From contig OY740783.1 of the NCBI GenBank assembly GCA_963514005.1, positions 27,652,001-27,716,000 of the forward strand: DNA of 64,000 nt, in the 5' to 3' direction. The DNA is from Raja brachyura (lineage: Eukaryota). The position numbers and the translations under genes were made by a program. The notes below the pieces were generated by a model. The model worked only from the letters and a program-made list of their open reading frames with translations. It was not told the DNA's origin and searched no databases. Of this stretch, positions 13,404-25,984 are shown one piece after another. Numbering within the stretch: position 1 is the stretch's first letter; the number at the start of each line of letters is the position of its first letter.

Positions 13404-13720
13404 GGCATAGTGGTGCAGTAGACGGCATAGTGGTAGAGGTGGAGTAGTGGTAGAGGTGCTGCCTCCCAGCACCAGAAACTTGGGTTCTCTCCTTTCTACG
13501 GGTGCTGTCCATATGGAGTTTATACATTCTCTCTGTGACCAGGTGGGCTTTCTCTGGCTTTGGTTTCCTCCCACATCCCATAGATATGCAGGTTTGTAGG
13601 TTAATTGGCTTTGGTAATTTGTTCTTCATGTCTAGGATTAAGCTAGTGTATGGCTGATCATTGGTTGGCACAGACCCGGTAGGCCAAAGGCTGTATGCTT
13701 ACTGCATACAGTCCACACTG
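13404..13720 (+). mobile_element. V-SINE (HE1-like)
   Basis: tRNA-like head, central ggtttcctcccacatccc V-domain, CR1-like tail. Confidence 0.75.
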
Positions 13721-14681
13721 TATGCAGTAAGCAAGATGCAGTACAGAACGCCTCCGGAGATCCATCTTCCCAATGGCTATCAAACTGTACAACTCCTCCC
13801 ATTTCTGTTGTGGGGTAGACTGACAGGTAATGTGGCACATCATAATTCTATGATTCAAGCATATAATCTAGACTAACAGTTCACTGTAATACCATGTTAT
13901 GTGTATTATATCTGTGTACTCCATAAGAGGAAGTACAGACTTATCACCAAACTCGCAGGAATTGGATTTAGCACTCGTCTCTGCAACTGGACCCTCGACT
14001 TCCTGACCAACAGACCTCAATCAGTGAGGATTGGGGACAAATCATCCTCTACAATAATCCTCAACACGGGGGCTGCGCAAGGTTGCATTCTCAGTCCCCT
14101 TCTTTACTCCTTTTACAGCCACGGCTGTGCAGCCATGCAAAAAATCTAATTCAATTTTGAAATTTGCCGATGACAATGTGAGCCGGATATCAAATAATGA
14201 AGAGACAGAGTACAGGAAGGAGTACAGAAACCTCATGTCCTGGTGTTGAAACAATAACCTTTCTCTCAATGTCAACAAGACAACGTGAAAAGGAGATAGC
14301 GATCGACTTCGGGAAGTGAAGAAGTACACATACCCCAGTTTGCATTGATGATGCAATGTAGAGATGGTCAAAAACTTTAAATTCCTAGAAGTCAATATCA
14401 CCAACAACCTCTCCTGGACCACCCATATTAAAGCAACGACCAAGAAGGCACAACAACACCTCTACTTCTTAAGGCTTAGGAAGTTTGGCATGTCCCTTAC
14501 AACTCTCACCAACCTCTACAGATGCACCATAGAAAGCATTTTATCAGGATGCATCACACCTTGGTTTGTGAACAGTTCCATTCATCCCAGGCCATCAAAC
14601 AAACCAACCTCCCTTCTATTGATTCCATTTATACCTCACGCTGCCTTGGTAAGGCTAGCAGCATAATCAAAGACGAGTCAC

Positions 14682-15462
14682 TTATACTTTTGAAAAATTA
14701 CAGCTATACCAATGCTTAAAATGTGGATTTCAAACATGTTGGACACTGCACATCTTGAGGAAATGCGATTCCGCCTAATAGATAAATCAGGCCAATTTTT
14801 AACGAGTTGGTCTCCATTTGTCGATTTTTTGGAAGCATATGGTGCAACAAAACCGTAGAAGCGAACTGTTTCAGGATTGAGTGAGGGATGGTGAAGAATA
14901 TAGATTACGATCTCCTTAATCTCTTACTTTCTACTCTTTTTCTTTCTTTTTTCTTTTTCTTTCTCAACTTTCTTCTTTCACACTTTTTTTCTTTCTCACA
15001 CACTTTACACACATGTTTCTCTATCCTTATCTTAAGGGACAGAAGTTTAGGGGTGACATGAGGGGGAACTTCTTTACTCAGAGAGTGGTGGCTGTGTGGA
15101 ATCTTCCTGCAGAAGTGGTGGAGGCAGGATCGATTTTAACATTTAAAAGTAAAGTGGATGGGCATATGGACGGGAAGGGAATGGAGGGGTATGGTCTGAG
15201 TGCAGGTAGATGGGACTAGGGGAAAATAAATGGTCGATACGGACTGGAAGGGCCGAGAAGGCCTGTTTCCGTGCTGTAATTGTTATATAGTTATATGGTT
15301 ATATCTTTTATTATCTATTCTCTCTTTCTTTTTCATTATTAAAAAAAATAAAAATAAGAAGCTGTACATAAAATGTAATATGTCAATATATATTAGCACC
15401 TTGGTGCCATATTCCTGTACTTACTTCTAGTAAAATAAAAAAAATAAAAAATAATTTTAAAA
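14682..15462 (+). mobile_element. L1-clade LINE 3' fragment
   Basis: Matches the ORF2 C-terminus at 26880-27040 (KMWISNM..T.HLEEMRF); pyrimidine-rich UTR and A-rich tail. Confidence 0.75.
15030..15305 (+). mobile_element. HER1/CR1 3' tail
   Basis: KGQKFRGDMRGNFFTQRVVAVWN...EGYG..AGRWD, as at 49566-49750; (GTTATATG)n tail. Confidence 0.85.
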
Positions 15463-16191
15463 AAAGATGAGTCACATCCTGGCCACTCCCTCTTATCTCA
15501 TCTCCTATCAGGCAAAATGTACAAAAGTATGAAAATGCACACCTCCAGATTCAGGGACAGTTTCTTCCTAACTGTTATCAGGCAACTGAATCATCCTACC
15601 ACATCCAGACAGCAGTGCTGAACTACTATCTACCTCTTTGATGACCCTTGGACTATCCTTGGTTGGCTTTACCTTGCACTAAACGTTATTCCCTTATCAT
15701 GAATCTATACATTGAAAATGATCGATTGTAATCATGTGTTGTCTTTCTGCTGACTGGTTAGAACGCAACAAAAGCTTTTCACTGTACCTCGGTACACGTG
15801 ACAATAAACTAAACTGACTGACGGAGTCTTTAAACATACTCTAGATTGTTTCTTGAACCAATGCTGTATGTGGAAATATCACTAAATTAGCACTAGTGTC
15901 AGAGAATCTAATTCAAAAGTATTCACTCTTTTATCCTGAACAAGCAACATGAGAGTCAGTGCAGCAATCCTAGAGTAGGCATTAATTATTTTTGTCAGAG
16001 CTTAGACTACAGTAAACATATTGGATATTGTGATGTATGTAATATAATTAGCATATGTTATGTCTTATGCGAGGGGACGCATACGCTGGGGGAGACTCAA
16101 GGTGGCGTCCTGGAATAAAGAAGCTTGTTAGTTTACTCCTGTATCTGAGTGTTATTTTAAGTCAGTTCCAAGCACCCAAATACACTACAAT

Positions 16192-16209
16192 TGGCGACGA
16201 GGATGGGAT
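16192..16209 (+). promoter_or_regulatory. Primer binding site, tRNA-Ser(GCU)-type
   Basis: TGGCGACGAGGATGGGAT, 2 nt after the 5' LTR; complementary to the vertebrate tRNA-Ser 3' end ...ATCCCATCCTCGTCGCCA. Confidence 0.85.
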
Positions 16210-17376
16210 GGAGTTTGTGAACTCACCCGCAGGACTGTTTTGCAACACGCAGGATTGGTTGCCAGTTTAAACAGTAGATACGGAGTTGTGTCGCAGTTGT
16301 TTGCGAGCTGGACATGAGAGGCCTGCAGATCCCTCTAAGCATGGGACTGTAGTTTAAAACATCAGCTGTACAAGTCAGGCTATCTCTATGTTGTGTCTAC
16401 GTGGCAAGATGTCGGCCTTCGGATTGTTACATATTTTAGACTGAGTTTTTTTTTTGTCGAATTCCTCAAGCTGAATAATCTTTGTACAGTTAAGTTTTAG
16501 GTGAATTGTTACACCAACACACACAACAAGGATAACGAGGCAACGAGGATAAAAGAACAGAAAAGGAAAGAAGAAGGGCTGTCAAGAGAAAAAAAAGTTA
16601 AAAAGAAGAGGTTATGTTTGGAAACAAAGTGGTACGGCACCAAGCAAAAAGATTTGGCGCCAAATGGTTTTGAATTGGCGCCAAAGAAAAGAAAGGTCGG
16701 AACATGAAGCAAGGAAAACAAGTGGGGTAGTAAGTGTCACCGAAGAACGCAGCCGAAAGCTGGAAGCCTAACCAGCAGGACAACGACAGTGTCAACTTAT
16801 CTGGAACGCTTTCCAGGGCCGTGCAGCCACAGCAAAGGTGCAGCCGCCACTGACTTTGGGTGAGTTCCAGGGCCGTGTACCGTGTAGGCCATGGACAGGT
16901 CTGGTGACTGCCACCGATTTTGGATGTTTTCCAGGGCTGTGTAGCCCACAGCCAGGCCCAGGAGCTGCCACCGACGTCGAGTGAGGGCCTAGTACCGGGT
17001 AGGCCATGGACAGGTCCGGAGAAGCCACCGACAAAAACGGAGTCAACCCGGCCAGGAGCAGAGATAGCCCGGTCGTGAGAGAAAGCCCGGTCGCAGGAGA
17101 CGACCGCGAGCTGAGAAAGCCCAGCTGCAGGAGACGACCGTGTGCAGAGAAAGCCCGGTCGGGAGCAGTCAGCCCAACCGTGAGCAGAAAAGAGAAGCCG
17201 ACTGCGAGAGAGAAGCGGAACCGGCCGAGTGAAAGAGCCGACCGCGTGAGAGAAGCGGACCAGGCCCCGTGAGAAAAGCGAGAGAAGCGGACCAGGCCTC
17301 GCGAGAAAAGCGGAACACAGCACTTGGGCCGAGTGAGAAAGTGAGAGAAGCGGACAAAAGCCAAAGCCGAGAGTCA

Positions 17377-17793
17377 AGACAAGCAGTCATTTCGATCCAG
17401 AGATGGTACAAAGCATGCAAAATAGGGCATTCCCAGTTTGTGCAATATCAGTCAATGAGGTATCGAACCATTACCGTTCAGGCTGTCTACAAGGGTATGG
17501 TGGTTAGGCAGTGGATTAAGCAAAAGAGGGCTACTGCAAAAGTTCAGTCAGTACTTCGTATGAGTTGGAATAGGAAAGACCTAAGGGGACAAATAGCTGC
17601 ACAACAGAAAAGGCTGAAATGATACAAAAGGCTTAAACAATATAGGAAAGACTTCCTCAAACTGAAATATACAACAGTTATAGTGCAGTCTCACTACCGT
17701 GCTTGTGTAGTAAGAAAACTATACAGAGCACAAATCAAAGCCACTGTTGTATTGCAAAGACAATATAGATCCTACTTCTTGATGAATAACCAG
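17377..17793 (+). pseudogene. Captured ASPM-like IQ-repeat fragment
   Basis: IQRWYKA, VQAVYKG..VR, VQSVLRM, VQSHYRA, LQRQYRS in one frame; Q-to-Q spacing 27/22/23/23 aa once a 72-bp insert is removed; one in-frame TGA at 17620 lies within that insert. Confidence 0.75.
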
Positions 17794-18535
17794 AAAGGTG
17801 ATTTAAGAAGGCAAGTAAATGAACAACAGAAAAGGCTTAAACAATACAAAGAACGGTTAAATAAATGTGTGACGATGAGCAAAAAGCTGTTAATAGAAAA
17901 GTCTAAATAAGAGAGGCTTGTCGGTTGAGACAAAAGTATGCAGGACCGATTGCGATTAGGACACTTCACTATAGTCCAGCATGGAGCAATGGACAAATGG
18001 TTATGCATTGCAGAATGTTATTATACAACAAGAGCAGATAAATTCACCAGGAAATTGAGCAACAGAGGAAGCTGCTAGAAAACGAATACCTGCAGTCATG
18101 TGTCAGATCCCACCTACAAATAAGGAACAGAAACAAATGGAGCCGAGATGGAAAGGTTAACTTTAGCAGAATATTAAGAACAGGAAGAAATCTGCAAATT
18201 GGATTAGGATATTTAAAAAGGGAAGAGGCAGAGATACAGGTAGAGATAGAGTGATTAGAAAGAGTGCACAATTTACACAGAAGGGAACGGAAAAGGATAA
18301 CACATAAAGCAAGGGGTTTAAGGAAGATGAGTGGAATGAAAAATGATAAGTGCTAAGTTTAGATACGATTATTACAGTTATGAGGATGTAATGTAAGATG
18401 ACTGTAAAAATGTAATTTTGCAACAATGTGTTAATCAATTATATTTACGTAATAGAAATGGTATTATCCACCTCCAAGTTAAAGGGGGAGCAGTGTAATG
18501 TATATAATGTAAATGGTGTTACCTGCCTCCAAGTT

Positions 18536-18548
18536 AAAGGGGGAGCAG
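18536..18548 (+). promoter_or_regulatory. Polypurine tract
   Basis: aaagggggagcag directly before the 3' LTR TG; a duplicate lies at 18481-18493. Confidence 0.8.
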
Positions 18549-18747
18549 TGTGATTTATGTAATATAATTAGCATATGTTATGTCTTGTGCGAGGGGACGC
18601 ATGCGCTGGGGGACACACAAGGTGGTGTCCTGGACTAAAGAAGCTTGTTAGTTTACTCCTGTATCTGAGTGTTATTTTAAGTCAGTTCCAAGCACCCAAA
18701 TACCCTACAGATATACAATAGGAATGCCAATTGAGAAGTCCTTTAAA

Positions 18748-18987
18748 ACATGCTCACCGAGTCCACGCCGACCAGCGATCCCCTAGGGACAATCTTTACC
18801 AAAGCAAATTAACCTACAAACCTGTACATCTTCGAAGTGTGGGAGGAAACCAGATAACCCAGGGAAAACCTACGTGGTCACGGAGAGAACATACAAACTT
18901 TGTACAGAGAGCACCCGTAGTCAGAATCGAACCAGGGTCACTGGTGCAGTAAGGCAGCAACTCTACCGCTACGCCACCGTGCCACCA
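18748..18987 (-). mobile_element. V-SINE (HE1-like)
   Basis: gtaaggcagcaactctaccgctacgccaccgtgcc head on the - strand; V-domain present. Confidence 0.8.
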
Positions 18988-19947
18988 CAAATCATCTTAA
19001 TCTCAGTTCAATTCAGTTTAGTTTATTGTTATGTGTACCGAGGTACAGTGAAAAGCTTTTTGTTGCCTGCTAACCAGTCACCAGAAAGATAATACCTGAT
19101 TACAATCGATCCATTTACAGTGTATAGTCTCATGATAATAGAATAGAGTTTAGTGCAAGGTAAAACCAGCAAGTCCGATCAAGGTTAGTCTGAGGGATAA
19201 TCTCCAGAGTTCTTCAATCGTTACCCTAGACATCCTCTTCTTTAACATCCTGAGTCAAAGTTAACTTGTAAAGCTTTCTGTCAGACATTTCTAATGCATT
19301 TAAAGCACTTGTTTGTGTTGGCAAGCACAGGACCTATTTATCTGTTACAGAATGATAGGCGCAAGCATTTAGATCAGAAGCACCTCTTCCTGTAGAAGTG
19401 AAGGTTATCACAGCATGAAGCTTTCATTCGACTGGATCTTTCTAAGTCACCCAGGAGAAATGTGTCACATCAGGCAACTTATAGTGTACATATTTATCAA
19501 GCTAATAACAAATGCCATGTTCAGAGGGGCAGCACCTTCATCTCCTCCTTTCAACAGATGCAGCAGCTGGAGAGGATGTAAGCCTTCCCTAGGAGTCTGT
19601 TTTTCTCCATGGACAAGGGCAAAGATTTCCCCTGTGTACATTAATCTTCTCCATATCAACTAAGTAACGTGTTGTGCCATTTGTAATATTGATTGTGCTC
19701 CAGGGATTAAGAATTTAAAGATTGTGCAAAATGTTTGAGGTGAAAAACAAACTGCTGAAGGAACTCCGCAGGTCAGGTGGCATCTGTGGAGATAGATGGA
19801 AGTCCAACATTTCGGGTTGAGATTCTGCATCAGCATCTCAGCTGGAAACATTGACTATTCCTCCGTCTCCACAGATGCTGCCTCACCCATTAAGTTTCCT
19901 CTTGCAGTTTGTTTTTTTTTTGCTCCACATTCCAGCATATGTCTAGT

Positions 19948-20226
19948 TACGGTGGCGCAGCAGTATATTTGCTGCCTTACAATGAATGCAGCGCCAGAGA
20001 CTCAGGTCCGATCCCGATTACAGGTGCCGCCTGTACGGAATTTTTAAGTTCTCCCCATGACCTGCGTGGGTTTTCGCCCACATTTCAAAGACATACAGGT
20101 TTGCAGGTTCATTGGCTTGGTAAATGTAAAAATTGTCCCTAGAGGATAGTGTTAATGTGCGGGGTTCGCTGGACGGCGCAGTCCTAGTGGGCCGAAGGGT
20201 CTGTTTCCGGGCTGTAACGCTAAACA
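19948..20226 (+). mobile_element. V-SINE (HE1-like)
   Basis: acggtggcgcagcag...gttctccccatgacctgcgtgggtttt...gtgggccgaagggtctgtttcc. Confidence 0.8.
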
Positions 20227-20569
20227 AGTCTGCAGCATGATGTGTCTCAACTTTAGGGGAGAAGTTTCCAGGAGTTCATAGTTCATTTGTCTATGTTGAG
20301 GGAGAAAATGGTAAAAGTGTAGGTACCTTTGTACATATTATACTTTCAATGATTAATTTATCACATATCTGTCAAAGCCTCAGTCCAGGTGGGACACAGT
20401 GGAGTTGTGGAGACAGGGCAATGGGAGGGGGATGGGGGGGGAGGGGGTCGAGTTGCCTTAAAGGGGAAGCAGGGAGAAGAGGAGGCCACATCGAACATTT
20501 GCATCAGATTTGCATCACGATATCTCCGGGCTAATCTTTCCTGAGCCATCATTGCCAGAGAGGGATCAC

Positions 20570-21230
20570 ACACAAACTGCAGGAACAAAACCTCACATAC
20601 CACTTGGTAGCTTACATTGGCATGAACATTCAATTCTCCAATTTTAGGTAACTACAATACCGTTCATCTCTCCCTTCAAACACCCCCCCCCCCCCCCCCC
20701 CCGCGTCACCCAGACATACCTATTTCTCACCTCTCCATCCCCTTCTACCTATTCGTAACTCTTCAATCCATTTGTCTCACACCTTTAGACTTGATGGGAC
20801 GAATGGTCTAATTCTACTCCTATCACATGACCTTATAACCTTCTGACCTTCTGTCATTTTATTTTTGGCCTTTGTTCACCACAGGCCTATTAAAGCCCCC
20901 TCACCTGTGTCAAGTTATTATATGCCAGGAATAGAGAAGAGAAGGATTGGGTGACATTTCGGGTCAAGGCAATTGTTTCTCTCCAGAGATGCTGCCTGTC
21001 CCGCTGAGTCACTCCAGCATTTTGTGTCTACCTTCGATTTAAACCAGCATCTGCAGTTCTTTCCTCCACATATTATATGACTGGCATTGTCCCACCCCTC
21101 CTCTCTTCTAACTTTCTTCTCCAACCTCTACAATCACTCCAAAGAAGGGTCCCAACCCGAAACACCACCATCCATATTCTCCAGATTTGCTGCCTGACCT
21201 GTACTCCAGTACTTTGTACCTTTTTTCCAA
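20570..21230. mobile_element. Penelope-derived fragments
   Basis: aaacctcacataccacttggtagctta...ggcatgaacattcaattctcc (GIY-YIG C-terminal region) plus two gatgctgcc-type terminal repeats. Confidence 0.65.
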
Positions 21231-21372
21231 CATTTTAACAGTTGGTGAGTTATGGCGAGTTACTTTTCAGACTTTCATATCTCCTGAATTATTTGAGAAT
21301 GAAGAAACTGCTTTAATAATTCTTAAAGTAGGACTGTCCTCCCTATAGCCACATTGAGAAATTACCTAATAG

Positions 21373-21688
21373 TGGGCGGCACAGAGGCGCAGCAATAACT
21401 TTGCTGCCTTACACGTCAGGGACCCAGGTTTTATCCTGACTGGGTGCTGTCTGTAATGAGTTTATACATTCTCCCTGTGACTGTGTGCGTTTCCTCTGTG
21501 TTTTCCTCCCACTTCCCAAAGGCATATAGATTTTTTGGTTATTTGGCTTTGGTGACAATATAAGTTATCGGCAGTATGTAGAATATTGCTAATGTATGGG
21601 GTGATTGCTGGTCAATGCAGACTTTGTGGGCGGAAGGGCCTGTTTCCACACTGTATCTCCAAAGTCCAAAGTAAAATCTAAAGTCTAA
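21373..21688 (+). mobile_element. V-SINE (HE1-like)
   Basis: gggcggcacagaggcgcagc head, V-domain, (TAAAGTC)n-like tail. Confidence 0.8.
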
Positions 21689-21729
21689 ATTCACATTATA
21701 CTGAATGCCTCAGCAACTGTTTGAAGTGA

Positions 21730-22012
21730 GCATACAGTGCGGAAACAGGCCCTTTGGCCCACTGAATCCACGCTGACTAACGATCCCCGCACATTAACAC
21801 TGTCCTACACACTTTCGGGGCAATTAACAATTATACCAAGCCAATTAACCTACAAATCTGTACGTCTTCAGAGTGTGCGAGGAAACCGGAGCACCTGGAG
21901 TAAATCACGCAGGTCACAGGAAGAACATACAAACTCCGTATAGACAGCACCCAAAGTCAGAATCAAACCCGGGTCTTTGGCGCTGTAAGACAGCAACTAT
22001 ACCATTGTGCCA
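21730..22012 (-). mobile_element. V-SINE (HE1-like), tail-to-tail with the previous copy
   Basis: gcggaaacaggccctttggcccac...ggaaaccggagcacc...gcgctgtaagacagcaact. Confidence 0.8.
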
Positions 22013-23549
22013 ACAGAACTGTTTATTTAATATTCAGACTCAATAAATAGATGCATGAAAAAAAATGTTAATTGTTCTCAGTGCTTTAGATGGTACTAGC
22101 CAGTTAGAGTACATACAGCCAACTCAGGCTTCAGCATCATCTGGTGAGTTCCACAATTGTGTGCAAACATTAGGTGTATGATTGCATTAAATACCTGCAC
22201 ACAATGTCATTATTTGCACAAGTTCTCAGGAAATTACATTGCTCAGCGTGTAACTTTATTCCATTTGGCAAGACCTTTTCTTGAGATGGCATTCTACAAC
22301 AAGTAAACTCTTCTCCCTTAATGCTCCTCCTGCATTAGGCGATTCTAACTGTGCATCAAAAAGCCAAGTTGGTCTTATTGCTCTTCCCCACAATTGCAAG
22401 AAATTCAGCACTTTTCTGACATCATTTTTCACTGAGCAGTGTAAGCTGCAGAGTTTTAATGGTTGCTGCCTTAACATTTATCATGCACTTCTAACTAATA
22501 GTGCTGTTGGACTGATTTGAGAACAAGCGTTCCCTGTATAAATAGCTATGTAATATTTAAAAAAATAGAACATTGGCATTTGGACAGGTACATGGATAGG
22601 ACACGTTTAGAGGAATTTGGGCCAAATGCAGGCAGGTGGGACTAGTGTAGATGGGACATGTTGTTCGGTGTATGCAAGGTGGGCCGAAGGGCCTGTTTCC
22701 ACACTATATGTCTCTATGACTCTATAAGTATAGTTCAGAGGCATGGACTATCATTGCAAATCTCAACATACCTTGTTGTGCTGCTCACAGAGCTGCTGAC
22801 AAAGGCCATGGAAAGTAAAAGCACACCGTCGGTTTATCAGATTGGCGAGAACGAGCGCGCTTTAACTCCTCTCACATACTGCATAATTTATCGATTAAAA
22901 AATGAAGTGCAGACAAAACAGCAATTCAGCTCCAAAACACAGCATAGTCAGAGCCATGACAGTTTTGATCTGTCTCGGTTTTCCAATGTGAATCCTTCAG
23001 CCATTGTCACATTTTTCTCAGTTATTGCAGTTGTTCAGGCATCAAAGTGAATTATCAAATAGCTCCTAAACTCACCCCCCCCCCCCCCCCTCCCGGGAGT
23101 TAGATTAGTGAAAAACCGAAGGTGTGAGACACTTTTGGGCTCCACTGGAAGCATTAATTAATAACTGCTGCAGAGAGCCAGGTGTATTCTTGGACTTGGA
23201 AAAACCTGAGGCAGTTTCCAAGTCCACTATTTTCAACACTAGCGACTATAACGGATACTGTTCATTGCTTTCTTACTGTTTCTGGTGGCTTACTGGGAGT
23301 AAATTACGTGCTGTGATTTTTATATACAACAACATGTTGGACTTCGAAAGTAATTCAATAACTATAAAATACTTTGAGGACATGTAAGGTTGTGAAAGAT
23401 GCCTTAAAAGTATGTCTTCCCTTTGTTAGTACTGTTACCATTGTGCAGAGTGAGCATGAGCATGAGCATGAGCATTTACCTGTTACTACTGAGCAAAAGC
23501 AAAGTGATTAATATAGAAAACATATGATAATGTCAGCATGAAAACATTA

Positions 23550-23852
23550 ACTTTACTTTAGACTTTAGAGACAGAGCGTGGAAACAGGTCCTTCTGCCCA
23601 CTGAATCTTCGACGACCAGCGATCACCCCGACACACTAGCACTATGCTACACACTTGGGACAATTTACAATTTTACCAAAGCCAATAAACCTACAAACCT
23701 GTGAATGTCTTTCGGTGGAAGGAAACCAGAGCATGCGGAGAAAACCCACACAATCACAGGGAGAACGTACCATCTCCGTACAAGCAGCACCCGTAGTCAG
23801 GATTAAATCGGGGTCTCCGGTGCTGTAAGGCTGCAACTGCACTGTGACGCCC
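23550..23852 (-). mobile_element. V-SINE (HE1-like)
   Basis: (ACTTTAG)n tail, ggagaaaacccacacaatcacagggagaacgtac V-domain. Confidence 0.8.
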
Positions 23853-24584
23853 CAAATCCACGATCCAACTATTAAAATTGCTTATGTATCGAGCATATGA
23901 AGGAATGTTCCAAGATTGACATTTCTTTTGGAGCAGGATGGACGAAAAATGCCTAAAGTTTTAGAGTTTTAAAAAAAGATTTTGGATGTATTTATTCTTC
24001 TTATAATTATCACCCTACATTGACCCTAAACGTTATGTCATCAGGAGATATAGCATCACATAAAGTTGACAAGTTAAGGAGTAAAGTTCATATAAAAAAA
24101 GTAATCTCCTGGTCCATCTATCCGACAAAAATTAAAATAAATAGAAGTACAGCTAACAAAACAACTTGAAAGGAACTGGGAATTGAAGAAGTTATCATAT
24201 CACTGCATAGGAAAAGAATACTTTGATCCTTTGTGCAGGGCCTGTGCAGCAAATAGAGAAGTGAATGAACACAAGTGAATTCATTGCCTGTGAAGATAGA
24301 AAATCAAACAAATTCCTGGGGATGTGCAATCATCTTTGTGGAAGTTTTGTTTCTTTTCTGTCCAAAATTAAACCATAGCACTCATATGCAGGAACTAGTA
24401 GTCTTCCACATATCCCACGATAAAAGAACAATGTTGAAATGGGTGATATCATCATATTGCATCCCCTTGTAATATTAAAAATGTTGTTCAATTTCAATAA
24501 CTAATTACAGATTTTGATGGAACTTGCGACGTACTCTAAACTACTCCTCCAAAGAAGTTTAATTTTCTTACAGGCATTCTTGTC

Positions 24585-24890
24585 GTTTAGTTTAGTTTAG
24601 TTTAGTGATGCAGTTTGCTAACAGGCCGTTGGGCCCACCGAGACCGCGCCGACCAGCAATCCCTGTACACTAGCACTATCTTACACACTGCGGACAATTT
24701 ACAATTCTTATCGAAGCCAAATTAACCGACAAACCTGTACGTCTTTGGAGTGTTGGAGGAAACCATAGCTCCCGGAGAAACCCCTCCTGGTCACATGGAG
24801 AATGTACAAGCTCCATACAGACAGTACCCATAGTCAGGATTGAACCCAGGTCTCTAGCATTGTAAGGCAGCAACTCTACCGCTGCGCCAT
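24585..24890 (-). mobile_element. V-SINE (HE1-like), interrupted at its 5' tip by the ERV
   Basis: ...gcaactctaccgctgcgccat | cgtgctaccc resumes at 32580. Confidence 0.85.
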
Positions 24891-25984
24891 TGTTAATATT
24901 GACCAAATTAAAGACACTATAAAACGGCGAATCCCTGCATTTGTTAGAATTGCTTAACCTTTGTCAGTGGAAAGTTGCAGGCTGGGGATGGCGCCGGCCA
25001 GTCTGAGCCTCAGTTTGATATGCAGCATGGTGAACAATTCAGGTGTTCTCCTAACATCCTCCACAAAAAATAACTAGAGGTTCGAGGCCCTGCCCAGATC
25101 GGGTATCCGATTGACTGGATATTTAAAGAAGAACTGGGTGTAACAGTGCTGAGAGACAAAGTACTGCGTCATTGCTCGGGGCACAGATTGGAAGAGCACT
25201 CCAAAAATTGGCATAGACTGCCAGCGTGAAGAAATTACGTGCTGACTTCCGGTTTTGTATAAAGTGTATTTCAGACTGCCATTGTTGCATTGTGTTTACT
25301 GTGTATTGCCTTTGATTTAAATTTCGAATGTTAGACACACTGTTGTAAAAATAGTTTAAATCGGCTGTATAAAAATATAGTTTGATTGGGACTGTTGTTA
25401 TAATCGGAGTACGACTCGTGATTGTTCGGCCAGGGGTTCGTATCCTTCCAATCACTGTGTCTGGGAAGGGATTGTTCCGTTGACCGAGCACACCATGAGG
25501 AGGGATTAAAATATACTGTGATTTGCTTTTGGAGCTGTACAGTTAACGAATGCGATATTAGACAAATGATTGTGGTTAAAATAGGAGTGTGGATGCGCAT
25601 GATAATAATAAGTGGTGTAATTTCTCGTCTGTGTACGGTTTTGCTTGCGTGTTTGGAGCTCATTTGCATGTGTTTGGATTGAGGTTGCTCTGGATATAGG
25701 AAAGGGGCTGCGAGAACGTGTTTGATTGTTCCCTGGAGCACCTTAATCTTTGGATGATTGAGGATTGTTAAAATTGTAGAGTTGAAATTGTGTGGATTTG
25801 TGGGAGACAGTAGAAGAATTTGGATAGTAAATTGGAAAGATTGATTGTGCGATTGTATTGAAAGAGGTGCGAGACTGCTGGTGCTTCAGAGCCATCGTTC
25901 GGCAACGAGCTTGGTAGTCTCTGAGATTGAGAGAGGGGGGTGAATCGTTAAGAAGGTGTGAATGGCTTAGGAGTTGCTTCTATT

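Larger units (their letters stand above)
13915..15822 (+). mobile_element. Rex/Babar-like LINE fragment with nested L1 and CR1 pieces
   Basis: [19 protein letters not shown]...[22 protein letters not shown] and later RT-thumb ORFs; resumes at ~15465 after an insertion flanked by aaga(c/t)gagtcac. Confidence 0.85.
16029..18709 (+). mobile_element. Non-autonomous LTR retroelement carrying ASPM-like IQ repeats
   Basis: TG...CA LTRs at 16029-16189 and 18549-18709 (161 bp, 8 differences by eye); TSD GATAT on both sides; PBS and PPT present; no RT or integrase motifs. Confidence 0.93.

Noticed and set aside
16598-17377. 259-aa and 190-aa minus-strand ORFs
   Set aside because: Antisense shadow of purine-rich tandem repeats; low complexity.
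17377-17793. Exon of the genuine ASPM gene
   Set aside because: Enclosed by LTRs with a TSD, only five IQ units, an internal insert with a stop, and no other ASPM exons in the window.
21373-21445. tRNA genes at SINE heads
   Set aside because: Degenerate tRNA-derived heads joined to a V-domain and LINE-like tail; no complete cloverleaf.
23191-23226. 12-bp perfect hairpin tggacttggaaa/tttccaagtcca
   Set aside because: Isolated and too short for a pre-miRNA; no supporting context.
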